In this document: one piece after another, positions 18,637 through 27,452 of the stretch | Layout of the letters: every line of letters starts with the position of its first letter | Numbering within the stretch: position 1 is the first letter of the stretch | NCBI GenBank assembly: GCA_039589315.1 | Contig: JBDHHQ010000023.1 | Coordinates: 1 to 54,974, forward strand | Direction of reading: 5' to 3' | Length of the DNA stretch: 54,974 nt | Source: Gemmatimonadota bacterium | GTDB lineage: Bacteria; Gemmatimonadota; Gemmatimonadetes; Longimicrobiales; Gaopeijiaceae | The notes under the pieces: generated by a model | What the model was told of the DNA's origin: nothing | Database searches by the model: none | Seen by the model: only the letters and a program-made list of their open reading frames with translations | Made by a program: the position numbers and the translations under genes

Positions 18637-19617
18637 TTAGCGTTCCAGACACGGATCGGCCTCTACACCCGGGGTGTCGAACTCCCGCCGCCCTCTCGCA
18701 CGCTCTTCCAGGAGCACGAGGCTCGCGTGGATGAAGGCGTGTATGGGGGTCTCCAGGCCCAGCTGGCGGCCAATACGCACCACCGCGCCGTTCCAGGCCT
18801 CGAGCTCGGACGGGCGGCCGGCGGCCAGGTCTCGCTGCAGCGACGCGGATCCCTGGGCGGGCAGGGTGTCCACGAACGACATGGACTTCTCGACCACGTC
18901 CTCCCCGATCTTCACTCCGCTGGCCTGCCCCACGGTCACGATCTCCCGGATCGCCGACTCGATCATCGCGCGCGTGGCCGGGTGACTCCTCTCCTGGCCG
19001 ATGGGGGCCCGAGTCACCGCGCCGACCCCGCCCACCGAGACGACGAAGGCGAACTTCTCCCACAGCGCCACGTCGATGTCGCCCGGCACCCGCGCGTGGA
19101 TCCCGGCCCCGGCCAGGACGTCGCGCAGCCCGGTCACGCGGGCGGTCCGTTCGTTGTCCCACTCGCCCAAGACGATGCTGGGCTCGGCCCCGAGATGGCG
19201 GATGTGGCCGGGCGCCTCCACCATGCTGATGATCCGGCAAAGGCCCTTGAGCACCCGTCCCTTCCCCACCGCCGCGGCCAACTCGTCGGCCGCTTCCACG
19301 CCGTTGAGGAGGGGCAGGACCACCGAGTCCGCTTCGAGGAGCGGCGGTAGACCCTCCACCACTTGCGCGAGCTGCCAGGTCTTCACCGCCACCAGGACGA
19401 CGTCGACCGGACCCACTTCGGCCGGATCGTCGCTGGCCTGGACCGGCGAGACGGTCACGGCGCCCTTGGGGCTGGAAACCCGCAGACCGGTCTCCCTCAT
19501 CGCCGCCAAGTGGGCGCCCCGCGCGACGAACCGGACATCCTGACCGGACGCGGCCAGGCGAGCGCCGAAGTAGCCGCCGACGCCACCGGCACCGTAGACC
19601 GCGATCCTCATGGGCAT
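18637..19617 (-). CDS. panE: Ketopantoate reductase family protein (PanE/ApbA)
   Basis: GAGGVGGYFG, VAVKT, LLNGV, LWEKF, SLQRDLAAGRPSELE. Confidence 0.88.
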   Translation of the reverse strand: MPMRIAVYGAGGVGGYFGARLAASGQDVRFVARGAHLAAMRETGLRVSSPKGAVTVSPVQASDDPAEVGPVDVVLVAVKTWQLAQVVEGLPPLLEADSVVLPLLNGVEAADELAAAVGKGRVLKGLCRIISMVEAPGHIRHLGAEPSIVLGEWDNERTARVTGLRDVLAGAGIHARVPGDIDVALWEKFAFVVSVGGVGAVTRAPIGQERSHPATRAMIESAIREIVTVGQASGVKIGEDVVEKSMSFVDTLPAQGSASLQRDLAAGRPSELEAWNGAVVRIGRQLGLETPIHAFIHASLVLLEERARGRREFDTPGVEADPCLER

Positions 19618-19654
19618 GCCCCTCCGGCAGCGCCCCGCCCCGGGTGCCTGGGGG

Positions 19655-20044
19655 TCAAAGCCACTCGGGCACCACTGTGCGCTCGGTTTCTACCGTGCCC
19701 GTATTCAGCGTACCGGCGGGCTCCACCAACAGGATGTGCGCCTCCTCCGGCGCCACCGGTTTGTGCTCCACGCCTTTGGGGACGACCAGCATCTCGCCGG
19801 GCTCGAGCCAGACGTCCCGCTCCCGGAACCGCATGAGGAGCCGCCCCTCCAGCACCAGGAACAGCTCGTCCTCGTCGGCATGGTGATGCCAGTCGAACTC
19901 ACCCTGGAGCTTCGCCAGCTTCACATCGGTGTCGTTGACCCGGCCCACGATTCCGGGGTGCCAGTGCTCCGTGATGAGGCCCAGCTTCTCCTTCAGGTTG
20001 ACCTTCTCCAACGATCCGCCCTCCTTCGCCTCATGCGTCGCCAT
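19655..20044 (-). CDS. Cupin domain protein
   Basis: GEFDWHHHADEDELFLV, VPKGVEHKP, NTG. Confidence 0.92.
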   Translation of the reverse strand: MATHEAKEGGSLEKVNLKEKLGLITEHWHPGIVGRVNDTDVKLAKLQGEFDWHHHADEDELFLVLEGRLLMRFRERDVWLEPGEMLVVPKGVEHKPVAPEEAHILLVEPAGTLNTGTVETERTVVPEWL

Positions 20045-20056
20045 TCTCGCCCCGAT

Positions 20057-20755
20057 TCACCCGGCCAGCAGCAGGTCCAACCTACCCTCGATGGCCAGCA
20101 GCTTGCGCTTGTACTCGGTGCCGCCGGTGTACCCCCCGAGTTTCCCGTCGCTTCGGACCACGCGGTGGCAGGGCACCACGATGGCCACCGGGTTGTGACC
20201 CAGGGCGTTGCCCACGGCCCGCATGGCTCGCGGTTTCCGGATTCGGCGGGCGACCTCTGCGTACGGGATCACCTCCCCGTAGGGGATCCGCCGAGCAGCC
20301 TCGAGGACCGCACGCTCGAAGTCACTCAGGGACTGGAGGTCGACCGGCAGGTCGAAGCTCGTGCGCTCACCCGCGAAATACTCGGAGAGCTGCGTACGCC
20401 AATCGGCCAGCGCCGCGTCGTCTCGCACGAGTGGGCGCCCCGGAAAGCGCTTGCCGAGAACCTCCAGCAGGGCGTCATCGTCCGGCTGGCGCCACGAAAC
20501 CCACGACAATCCGGCCTCTGTGGCGGCGACGTACATGGTTCCGAACGGTGACTCGAACGAGGACCAGCGGACAGCGTCCCCCTGCGTCACCTGATCCAGG
20601 CAGACCTCGAGCAGGCGGTAGTCCACGGCCTGATCGCGGCAAGCGGCACAGTCCGCCAGGTGTTCCGACATCTCCAGTTCTTCCGTCCCGGCCATGTCCC
20701 CCGTAACGTAGGACAGCACCTGGTCTTCCGTGACCTGACAGCCCTGGGCGCTCAT
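20057..20755 (-). CDS. ogt: Fusion of an N-terminal zinc-binding anti-sigma (zf-HC2/ZAS) domain and a methylated-DNA--protein-cysteine methyltransferase
   Basis: C..LSYVTGDM...E...EHLADCAAC (HxxxCxxC); SPFG, QLSEYFAGER, IPYGEVIPY, RAVGNALGHNP, active site PCHRV. Confidence 0.9.
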   Translation of the reverse strand: MSAQGCQVTEDQVLSYVTGDMAGTEELEMSEHLADCAACRDQAVDYRLLEVCLDQVTQGDAVRWSSFESPFGTMYVAATEAGLSWVSWRQPDDDALLEVLGKRFPGRPLVRDDAALADWRTQLSEYFAGERTSFDLPVDLQSLSDFERAVLEAARRIPYGEVIPYAEVARRIRKPRAMRAVGNALGHNPVAIVVPCHRVVRSDGKLGGYTGGTEYKRKLLAIEGRLDLLLAG

Positions 20756-21309
20756 GCTCCATACTCCTTCGTCCAGAGGTCTTCCAACTCGCTGCGCAGC
20801 CTCTTCATGCCTTGATAGACGTTGGCCCGGGCGCTGTCCGCGGATGAGTCCAACCGCTCCGCGATGGACGCGTAGTCCAGGCCCTCCACCCACCGCATCC
20901 ACACCGCCTCCCGCTGCTTTCGGGGCAAGCCGGCGCAGTGGGCCCGGACCTTCTGGCGGGCCTTCTCGCCCAGGGCGAACGCCGCGGCATCCACCGGCGT
21001 GTCCTCACCCGTTGCGATCCTGGGATCGCGCCGGGAAAGCGCCTGCCGCCGGCGTCGCGCGGCCGCGAGACAGTCCAACGCGCGATTCGTAGCCACGCGG
21101 TACAGCCAGGCCCGGACGTTGCTACCGGGTCCGGCGTCGGGTGGGTTCTCCAGGGCCGTGATCCAGACCTGCTGGAGCACGTCCTCGGCGTCGGCGGCGC
21201 TGGACAGCATCCGGGTCAGGTGGCGCCTGAGCTCGGGGGCATAAGCCCCGGCCCAGGCCTCGACATCGGGTTCGCTGGACGCGCCGGCTACGGGCGTCAT
21301 GGGGTTCAC
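20752..21309 (-). CDS. ECF RNA polymerase sigma factor
   Basis: Region 2 DAEDVLQQVW and AWLYRVATNRALD; region 4 LPRKQREAV...GLDYASIAERL; start is GTG 21309 or ATG 21300; ATGA overlap with the anti-sigma/Ogt gene. Confidence 0.92.
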   Translation of the reverse strand: MNPMTPVAGASSEPDVEAWAGAYAPELRRHLTRMLSSAADAEDVLQQVWITALENPPDAGPGSNVRAWLYRVATNRALDCLAAARRRRQALSRRDPRIATGEDTPVDAAAFALGEKARQKVRAHCAGLPRKQREAVWMRWVEGLDYASIAERLDSSADSARANVYQGMKRLRSELEDLWTKEYGA

Positions 21310-21449
21310 CCGACCGTCCCCCCCGGCGAGCCCGGCATGAGGATGAGAAGAACCTGACCCATCAGCAGCGCGGGAATCCCCACGGTGACGGCGAAGAGGA
21401 AGAAGAGCTCGGTCGTCATTTCGATTGTGCGTCGTGCTCGATCCAACAT
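21306..21449 (-). CDS. Small single-pass membrane protein (47 aa)
   Basis: GGGAG RBS; hydrophobic LFFLFAVTVGIPALLMGQVLLILM; its TGA overlaps the GTG of the sigma gene (GTGA). Confidence 0.45.
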   Translation of the reverse strand: MLDRARRTIEMTTELFFLFAVTVGIPALLMGQVLLILMPGSPGGTVG

Positions 21450-21552
21450 GGTCCCACTCCCGTTTCCTGGTTGGGCGTCCCGCTCCCCGCGAGATCGATG
21501 CACCCTTGAAACGGGTGAGACGCGCTGGCGTGAAAACACCCGCCACAAGTGG

Positions 21553-21972
21553 TCAGGTGCCCGCGTCTCCAGGCTCCAGTCCCTCGACCATGTGCTCCCA
21601 CCGCTCCGAATCCCGGGTCCCTGCCGGACGGTACAGGATCACATGGGCCTTCTCCAGCGTGATCAAGCCACCGTCGATCATACGGTCCAGCTCGGCCAGG
21701 GCGTCCCGAATCGTCTCCTCCCGTTCCACGACCTCGACGATCACGGGGAGATCCTGGGACAGGCGGAGAATCTTGCCCGTGTGAAGCCTGGCGGACGCGC
21801 CGAAGCCCGCGGTACCCCGCACTACCGTCGCACCCGCGAATCCCTTCTCGCGGAGCAGCAGGACGACCGCCTCGTAGAGCGGGCGCCCCCTGTACGCGCC
21901 CTCTTTGCAGCGGTCGCTGTCCCCGAGGAAGATCCGCATCAGGGTGCGCTCGCCTTCGAATCTGTGCGGCAT
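21553..21972 (-). CDS. DUF190 (PII-like) protein
   Basis: LMRIFLGDSD, GATVVRG..GFG, LSQDLPVIVEVV, GGLITLEK; usual crcB neighbour. Confidence 0.92.
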   Translation of the reverse strand: MPHRFEGERTLMRIFLGDSDRCKEGAYRGRPLYEAVVLLLREKGFAGATVVRGTAGFGASARLHTGKILRLSQDLPVIVEVVEREETIRDALAELDRMIDGGLITLEKAHVILYRPAGTRDSERWEHMVEGLEPGDAGT

Positions 21973-21974
21973 GC

Positions 21975-22358
21975 CTACCCCCGTGACCTGACGAGCACGG
22001 TAGCCAGGGCCAGCCCGACGACCACCGCCAGGGACGCCAACACCACGCTGCCGAGAACGTAACCGCCGGCGCGGGTCCACTCGCCGTCCTGGAAAAGAGC
22101 CACGGACTCGTACGCGAACGTGCTGAACGTCGTGAAGCTGCCCAACAGGCCAATCGTCACGGCCTTCCGAAGCTCCGGCGACGCGAGACTGTTCTCGAAG
22201 TATACGACGGCAAAGCCCAGGGCCAACGAGCCCACGACGTTCACGGTCATCGTGCCCCAAGGAAACGCGTCGCTGAAGCGCTGGTATACGAAGCCGCTCA
22301 GCCCGTAGCGGGCCACGGCGCCCACAGCGCCCCCCAGCGCCACGTATAGCACGCCCAT
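21975..22358 (-). CDS. crcB: Fluoride channel CrcB/FluC
   Basis: GGAVGAVARY, FPWGTMTVNVVGS, GLLGSFTTFSTF. Confidence 0.96.
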   Translation of the reverse strand: MGVLYVALGGAVGAVARYGLSGFVYQRFSDAFPWGTMTVNVVGSLALGFAVVYFENSLASPELRKAVTIGLLGSFTTFSTFAYESVALFQDGEWTRAGGYVLGSVVLASLAVVVGLALATVLVRSRG

Positions 22359-22363
22359 GGCAT

Positions 22364-22696
22364 TCAGCTCCGGAGCGCCACGCGGACGACCCTACCGGAC
22401 CGCATGATGGCCACCGCCCAGAGGGGGTCTCGATCCGAGGGGTCGTCCACGAAGCCGCCTCGAACGGAGACCCTTTCGACCCTGCAAAGCTCGGTGAATC
22501 GCACTCGCTCGCCGGGATCCACGTGTCCGAGCTCCATCTTGTCTCGACCGAATGCGGTGACGCTCAGCACCGCACCGGACTCGTTCCACACTTCGACCTC
22601 ACATTCCGCGCTCACCGGCGCTGGTGTCGTCGAGGGTGCACAGGCACCCGCGGCGAACGCCAGGGCGATCAGGGACAGCGACCGAGAAGGGGTCAT
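22364..22696 (-). CDS. Putative lipoprotein
   Basis: Lipobox-like AAGAC after a hydrophobic leader; small beta-rich domain. Confidence 0.65.
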   Translation of the reverse strand: MTPSRSLSLIALAFAAGACAPSTTPAPVSAECEVEVWNESGAVLSVTAFGRDKMELGHVDPGERVRFTELCRVERVSVRGGFVDDPSDRDPLWAVAIMRSGRVVRVALRS

Positions 22697-22769
22697 GGCA
22701 GCGGTGCCCTCTCCTCGGCTGGGCTGAGCGCTCCGGCGCCAAGCGCTCCGTCACGCCGAGGCCGGTCCA

Positions 22770-23450
22770 TCAACCGCGGAACGCGTCGCGGCTGGGATCC
22801 CAGAAGGGATCGGTGAGGCCGACCTCGGCGAAGATCCTGGTCATCTCTTCCGGAGCCGGTCTCCGGGAATCGACCGTGAGCCGGTTTCCGTACCAGTGGA
22901 CCGCCAGATGCCAGAGCTGCCCAAGGTCCACGAGGGGGCGTCTCGGCAGGCCCCGGGTCAGACACCAGGCATCGACGTGGGCCTCCGACCGGAAGCAGAG
23001 CATGGTCTGTCACGTGTAGACGATGTCCTCCCACCAGAGTGCGGCCGGCACGGCGAAGTGCGTGAGGCAATCCGTCGGCGAAGGGCCGTCCTGGGCGACC
23101 TCGATGGTCATGGGATCTCCACAGTCGGCGCAGGACGTGCGCACCGTGCCGGCCCCGTGTAGCGCCGCCGGGATTCCGAGGGCGTCCCAGGCGCAGTTGG
23201 CGAAGTATCTGCGTCCTCCGACCTCGGCGACGAAGGGCGTGGCCACCGCCGAGAACGGCGGCGCCATCACGATCTCTCGGGTCTCAGTGGCCAGGACGAG
23301 CAGCCGCTTCTCGGCCAGAGAGTCGCAGGCGGCCCGCACTTCTTCCGCCGGGCGATCGAGACCCGCCGAGATCTCGGTCGTGGTGGGCACGCGGCCCGAG
23401 TCCGCGACGCGCTGGTAGATCCAGAGCTTGGTCGTGGTAGCGAAGTCCAT
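22770..23450 (-). CDS. merB: MerB-like organomercurial lyase, probable selenoprotein (in-frame TGA at 23010-23012 = Sec147; 226 aa)
   Basis: ORFs 23010-23450 and 22770-23003 are in the same frame, separated only by TGA-CAG-ACC; FANCAWDALG and SCADCG match MerB Cys96/Asp99 and Cys117; the TGA falls at the Cys159-equivalent position. Confidence 0.82.
22981..22996 (-). promoter_or_regulatory. Candidate bacterial SECIS apical stem-loop
   Basis: Minus strand GCTTCC-GGTC-GGAGGC; loop begins with G, 19 nt 3' of the UGA. Confidence 0.6.
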
Positions 23451-23832
23451 CCGTTCCCCGTGTTGGCGCGTGAAACCGGAAGGCCGCCGGAGCCCGACTC
23501 ACGGCGGCGCGACCGAGACGCGTGACCTCGGCAGGCAGGCCTCTGTAACGCATCCGGCGCGGCAGCCTCGGCGCAGCCCACTGTGCGGGCGCCAAGGTGC
23601 GGGGGGCAGCCCGACGGTGCAACTCCGACTGGCCCTGCCCGGCTGGCCCAGAGCTTCACCTCACACGACGGCGTAGCCCACTCTCCCCCTCATCTCGACT
23701 CGGCGGTCGCTTCGGTGGTGTGATGAGGGCAGTCCGAGGCGCGTACGACCGAGGGTCTGGCCTCTCCCGGATGATGCCTGCCGAGAGGGTCTCTCCCCAA
23801 TGCGTATCCTCCGCGGATGAGTCTGGCTGCTC

Positions 23833-24138
23833 ATGGGTCGTCTTCTCGTTGGAATCGCTCTCTCGACCCTGTTCGTCCTCGTCCCGGTTGCCCCCCTCGT
23901 CGCTCAGCCCGGCGTGCCGGGTGGCGGCGGCGGATCTGCGCCGAGGCACCTTGCCCGCTATTACGCCTACATGTTGGAGAAGGTGCAGGAGATCACGAGT
24001 GATTTCGAGGAGGCGTGGCACGAGGGAGACCGGGAGCGTCTACAAGAGCTCTACTACGAGGAATCCTGGCTGGTCGTGGAAGCTCGGTCGGCAAGGAGAC
24101 CGGTCGCGTGCCCCCGCGGCCGGCACGGGCATTGCTAG
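23833..24138 (+). pseudogene. Secreted protein, apparently 3'-truncated (start of an NTF2/DUF4440-like domain)
   Basis: Signal peptide and DFEEAWHEGDRERLQELY helix, then the sequence degrades where it meets the convergent methyltransferase gene. Confidence 0.4.
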
Positions 24139-24842
24139 GCGGGGCGGCCACGCGTCAGCAGCCAACCGCCGTAGTGGAACCCACCGAAGTAGCGAAACTG
24201 CGGCTCCAGGCCGACGCTGCGGCAGATCTCCATGATCCGGGACTCGGGAACGTAGTCTATCCCCTTGCGGAGACGCTCGAGGAACTCCTCCAGCGCCTCC
24301 CCCTGGAGGCCCCTGATCCGCATGTAGGACACCCACGCCTCATCCAGCTCCTGAAAGGCCTCCGAGACCGGGTCGCCATGCAGGTCGAACAGGAGGATGG
24401 GCCCGCCCGGTCGGACCCTCGTCGCCACAGCCTCCATCAGGGCCGCTTTGGTCCCGTCGTCACGGAGGAAGTGCATCACGTTGATGACCGTGGCCGCGTC
24501 GAACGAGGCCTGGGCGGGCAACGCGTCGACCTCGCCGTGCACCACGGCGACACGACTCTCGACGCCGAGGCGACGCACCACCGACCGGGTGACCCCGACC
24601 ATCTCTGCGCTCGGATCGACGCCCGTGATCGACCAGCCGGGCTCCGCCGGCGCCAGCGCGGCGATCTCCTTGCCCGTGCCGCAGCCCACCACAAGAACGT
24701 TCGCCCGGGACCCCAGCCGCCCGCCGAGCAGAGCCAGGGTAGCCTGAAACAGCTGCTCGTATCCCGGGATCACGGTGCGAGCGATGTCGTCGTAGATCTC
24801 GCCGTAGTCGCCGTCGAAGTCGAACGCACGGGGGTCCTTCAT
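24135..24842 (-). CDS. Class I SAM-dependent methyltransferase (CmoA-like)
   Basis: IPGYE, VLVVGCGTG, GVDPSAEM, FDAAT...VMHFL.DDG.K, RPGG. Confidence 0.9.
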   Translation of the reverse strand: MKDPRAFDFDGDYGEIYDDIARTVIPGYEQLFQATLALLGGRLGSRANVLVVGCGTGKEIAALAPAEPGWSITGVDPSAEMVGVTRSVVRRLGVESRVAVVHGEVDALPAQASFDAATVINVMHFLRDDGTKAALMEAVATRVRPGGPILLFDLHGDPVSEAFQELDEAWVSYMRIRGLQGEALEEFLERLRKGIDYVPESRIMEICRSVGLEPQFRYFGGFHYGGWLLTRGRPA

Positions 24843-25678
24843 CCCAGGACCTCCGTGAGCAAAGCCGCGAGCCGGACTCCTGCCTTCTTGAGCTGTAGCT
24901 CCGCGGTGCGGCGGTTCCGGGCATCATAGCCCTCGCCAAGCTGCGCCCGATCCTCCCCCTCAAGGTCTTCGTAGACGTAGTCCTCCACGATGCGGTACGA
25001 CTCGTTGGCCCAGACCAGGGGGTCGAGATCGGCCCAGAGGGTCCGGTCTACCGGCTTGATGTCCCCCTGCAGCTCCCGGGCGAATGCCTCCCAGCGACCG
25101 GCCAGGTCCCGCACGATGTAGCTGTCCCAGACGGCGTGCAGGTCGTCGTAGCGTTCGCCCAGGCCACGGATCTCGTGGTCGTTGCCCCCGTGGTCGGAGT
25201 CGTAGGCGATGTGGAGTGGAGCGTGGATATCGCCCACGAAATGGCCGACGAACATGAGGGCCCGAGCCCGCGTGCCCTCGGACCTCGACGCATCCCCCAA
25301 CAACTCCACCTCGGCGGTCAGGTGGCGAAGCACGCAGTCGGGCGGGCAGTGGTCCATCGTCACCGCCTCGCTCCCGGGCGGCAGGTCCACCCAGTGTGCG
25401 TTGCGCATCCCCTTGGCACCGTTGGAATCGGCCCAGACGCACGACTCGGCGAACGTCTCGAACTCGCCCCACGCCTCCGTCAGGCGGCGGACCTGCGACC
25501 GGGTTTCCTCCGTGAGCTCGAGCCACGCGATCTCGCAGACCGTCCTGTGGCCGGGGAAGCCCCAGGGGCGCAGGCCGGTCGGTGCCTCGTAGAGCGAGGC
25601 CGCGGCCGTCGCTCCCGGCGGACCGAGACCCGCCGACACAGCCAGAGCCGCGCCGATCAGCCACCGAGAAACGGTCAT
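24839..25678 (-). CDS. Secreted S1/P1 nuclease
   Basis: Signal peptide; WGFPGH, WAD, HFVGDIHAPLH, DHGGN, LHAVWD, AGVRLA. Confidence 0.93.
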   Translation of the reverse strand: MTVSRWLIGAALAVSAGLGPPGATAAASLYEAPTGLRPWGFPGHRTVCEIAWLELTEETRSQVRRLTEAWGEFETFAESCVWADSNGAKGMRNAHWVDLPPGSEAVTMDHCPPDCVLRHLTAEVELLGDASRSEGTRARALMFVGHFVGDIHAPLHIAYDSDHGGNDHEIRGLGERYDDLHAVWDSYIVRDLAGRWEAFARELQGDIKPVDRTLWADLDPLVWANESYRIVEDYVYEDLEGEDRAQLGEGYDARNRRTAELQLKKAGVRLAALLTEVLG

Positions 25679-25926
25679 CTCGTCATCCTGTCGTCGTTCG
25701 GGGGACGGCCGCCGTGGCACGGTGCTCGACAACGGTACGGAGGACGGCCAGCCCGGGTACATGGCTGTATGGGCCCTTGACCGCGGCGATCAAGTGGCGG
25801 AGCGCCGGTGACGATGCCGGCCGATGTGAGCCATCGCAAGACGGCTAGCGAAACCGCCCTGGCCTCGTGGGCCCCGTGGCGGTACGCTGGCCACTCCGAG
25901 TCCCAGCCCCGTTACGGAGTAGCCAG

Positions 25927-26268
25927 ATGACCGCCGACCCCCTCGATAGCCTCCCGACCTCGCACGAGGCGCTGGCGGACATGGTCGCCTACCAGGCTGA
26001 CTCGGTGGTGAGCAGGACGATGATGAAGAACGCGGGCGGCTCCCTCACACTCTTCGCGTTCGACGCCGGCCAGGGTCTGAGCGAGCACTCCACGCCCCAC
26101 GAGGCGGCCGTTCTGATCGTGGACGGCACAGCCGAGGTGACGGTGGGCGGTCGTGCGGTCACGGCCCATACCGGGCAGCTCCTGCGGTTGCCTGCAAGCG
26201 TCCCCCACGCCCTCGACGCCGTGGAACCGTTCAAGATGCTGCTCGTGATGCTCCGAGAGCCAGCCTAG
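25927..26268 (+). CDS. Cupin domain protein
   Basis: YQADSVVSRT, TLFAFDAGQGLSEHSTP, PHAL.A..PFKMLL. Confidence 0.92.
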   Translation: MTADPLDSLPTSHEALADMVAYQADSVVSRTMMKNAGGSLTLFAFDAGQGLSEHSTPHEAAVLIVDGTAEVTVGGRAVTAHTGQLLRLPASVPHALDAVEPFKMLLVMLREPA

Positions 26269-26311
26269 CGCCGACGAACAGACGCCTCCGCGTCGGGCCG
26301 TAGGCCCTACC

Positions 26312-26566
26312 TCACTCGCGCGCCCTCTGGACGCGCCAGTAGAGGCCGAACACGACCCCCAGGGCCATCAGCAGGACGTGGAGGCCGAGGAAGCTGACGG
26401 CCACCTCTTCGAGGTAGGTCGGGTTCTCGAGGAACAAGTCGGCGAGTCCGCGGTCCGAGCCCGCCTTGCTGGGCATGATCGGCGTGACCAACGCGATCGC
26501 CAGCAAGGTGCCCTCGACCAGCAGCAGGATCTGCCCCCGGGTCCCGGCTTTCTCTTTCGAGTCCAC
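26312..26566 (-). CDS. Small membrane protein
   Basis: Two hydrophobic helices; GGAG RBS before GTG. Confidence 0.55.
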   Translation of the reverse strand: MDSKEKAGTRGQILLLVEGTLLAIALVTPIMPSKAGSDRGLADLFLENPTYLEEVAVSFLGLHVLLMALGVVFGLYWRVQRARE

Positions 26567-26708
26567 CTGCTCCTCCGGCCGCGCCTTCGATCCTCGATTG
26601 TGTTCCTTCGCGCGTACGGCCCCCCGAATACGTTGGGCCGGCCCCGGCCCTTGTGCTCCACCGCCCGACGCGATGGCGACAATCCGTGGCGGCCCGCGGC
26701 GCCCCCCG

Positions 26709-27206
26709 CTACCCGCCGCCCATGCTGGCATGAAGCCGTTTGAGCATCTGGATCTGCCCAGCGTGGTAGGTGTCGTGCAAAACGACGCCCATGAAGAGAT
26801 CGGCGTAGGTGTAGCCGCCCCGGCCCCCGGAAGGCTCGTCGAGGCGGCCGGGATCGAAATCGGCCATGACGTCCCGAAGGAGCGTGTGGTACCGGCGGAG
26901 CACCCGCCGGTCTTGCTTCCACGCGTCGGGGGTGATCGCGTCCGGCAACGCGGGCCAATTCGACGGCCTGCGGGGAAACCCGCCCCGCGCCTCCCCGCTC
27001 ACTCTGCGCCAGATCGCGTAGTTCCAGTAGGCCACGTGCAGAGTCAGGGCCCAGATGCTGTGGCGGTCCGGCGCCGGCCGCCAAGCGGCCGCTTCTGGCT
27101 TCACGCCCCGGACCGCGCCCAGCGCGCTGGCGCCTCCGTGCCACATCTTGGTTCCGGCTGGAGGGTCGAAGTGGGCCAACGCCATCTCGAGTCTACGGTC
27201 TTCCAT
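26709..27206 (-). CDS. DinB/YfiT family protein
   Basis: AAWRP...HSIWALTLHVAYW, HDTYHAGQI. Confidence 0.9.
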   Translation of the reverse strand: MEDRRLEMALAHFDPPAGTKMWHGGASALGAVRGVKPEAAAWRPAPDRHSIWALTLHVAYWNYAIWRRVSGEARGGFPRRPSNWPALPDAITPDAWKQDRRVLRRYHTLLRDVMADFDPGRLDEPSGGRGGYTYADLFMGVVLHDTYHAGQIQMLKRLHASMGGG

Positions 27207-27452
27207 GTCGTCTCGTCCCTAGGGAGGGAGCTTCCGTCCTAGTGCGGCCAGCCCCAGCGTCCTCGCCCCTCATTCCGTTCGCACCGTCCCATCGGATACG
27301 GACGCGCCGAGCCTGCAACCCAACCTCTCGCGTCTGACGACCGACCGGCACATGACGCAAAGAACGCCATGCTGGACGGGATCTCTGACGCCAATCATAA
27401 TGAGGGGCATGACTGTTCCCGCTCCCAACTCCGAGGGCCCCAACTCCCTCAC

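Noticed and set aside
22358..23830. Fluoride riboswitch expected upstream of crcB
   Set aside because: crcB is operon-internal and I could not find the GGNGAUGG...GCUGAUGAC pattern on the minus strand
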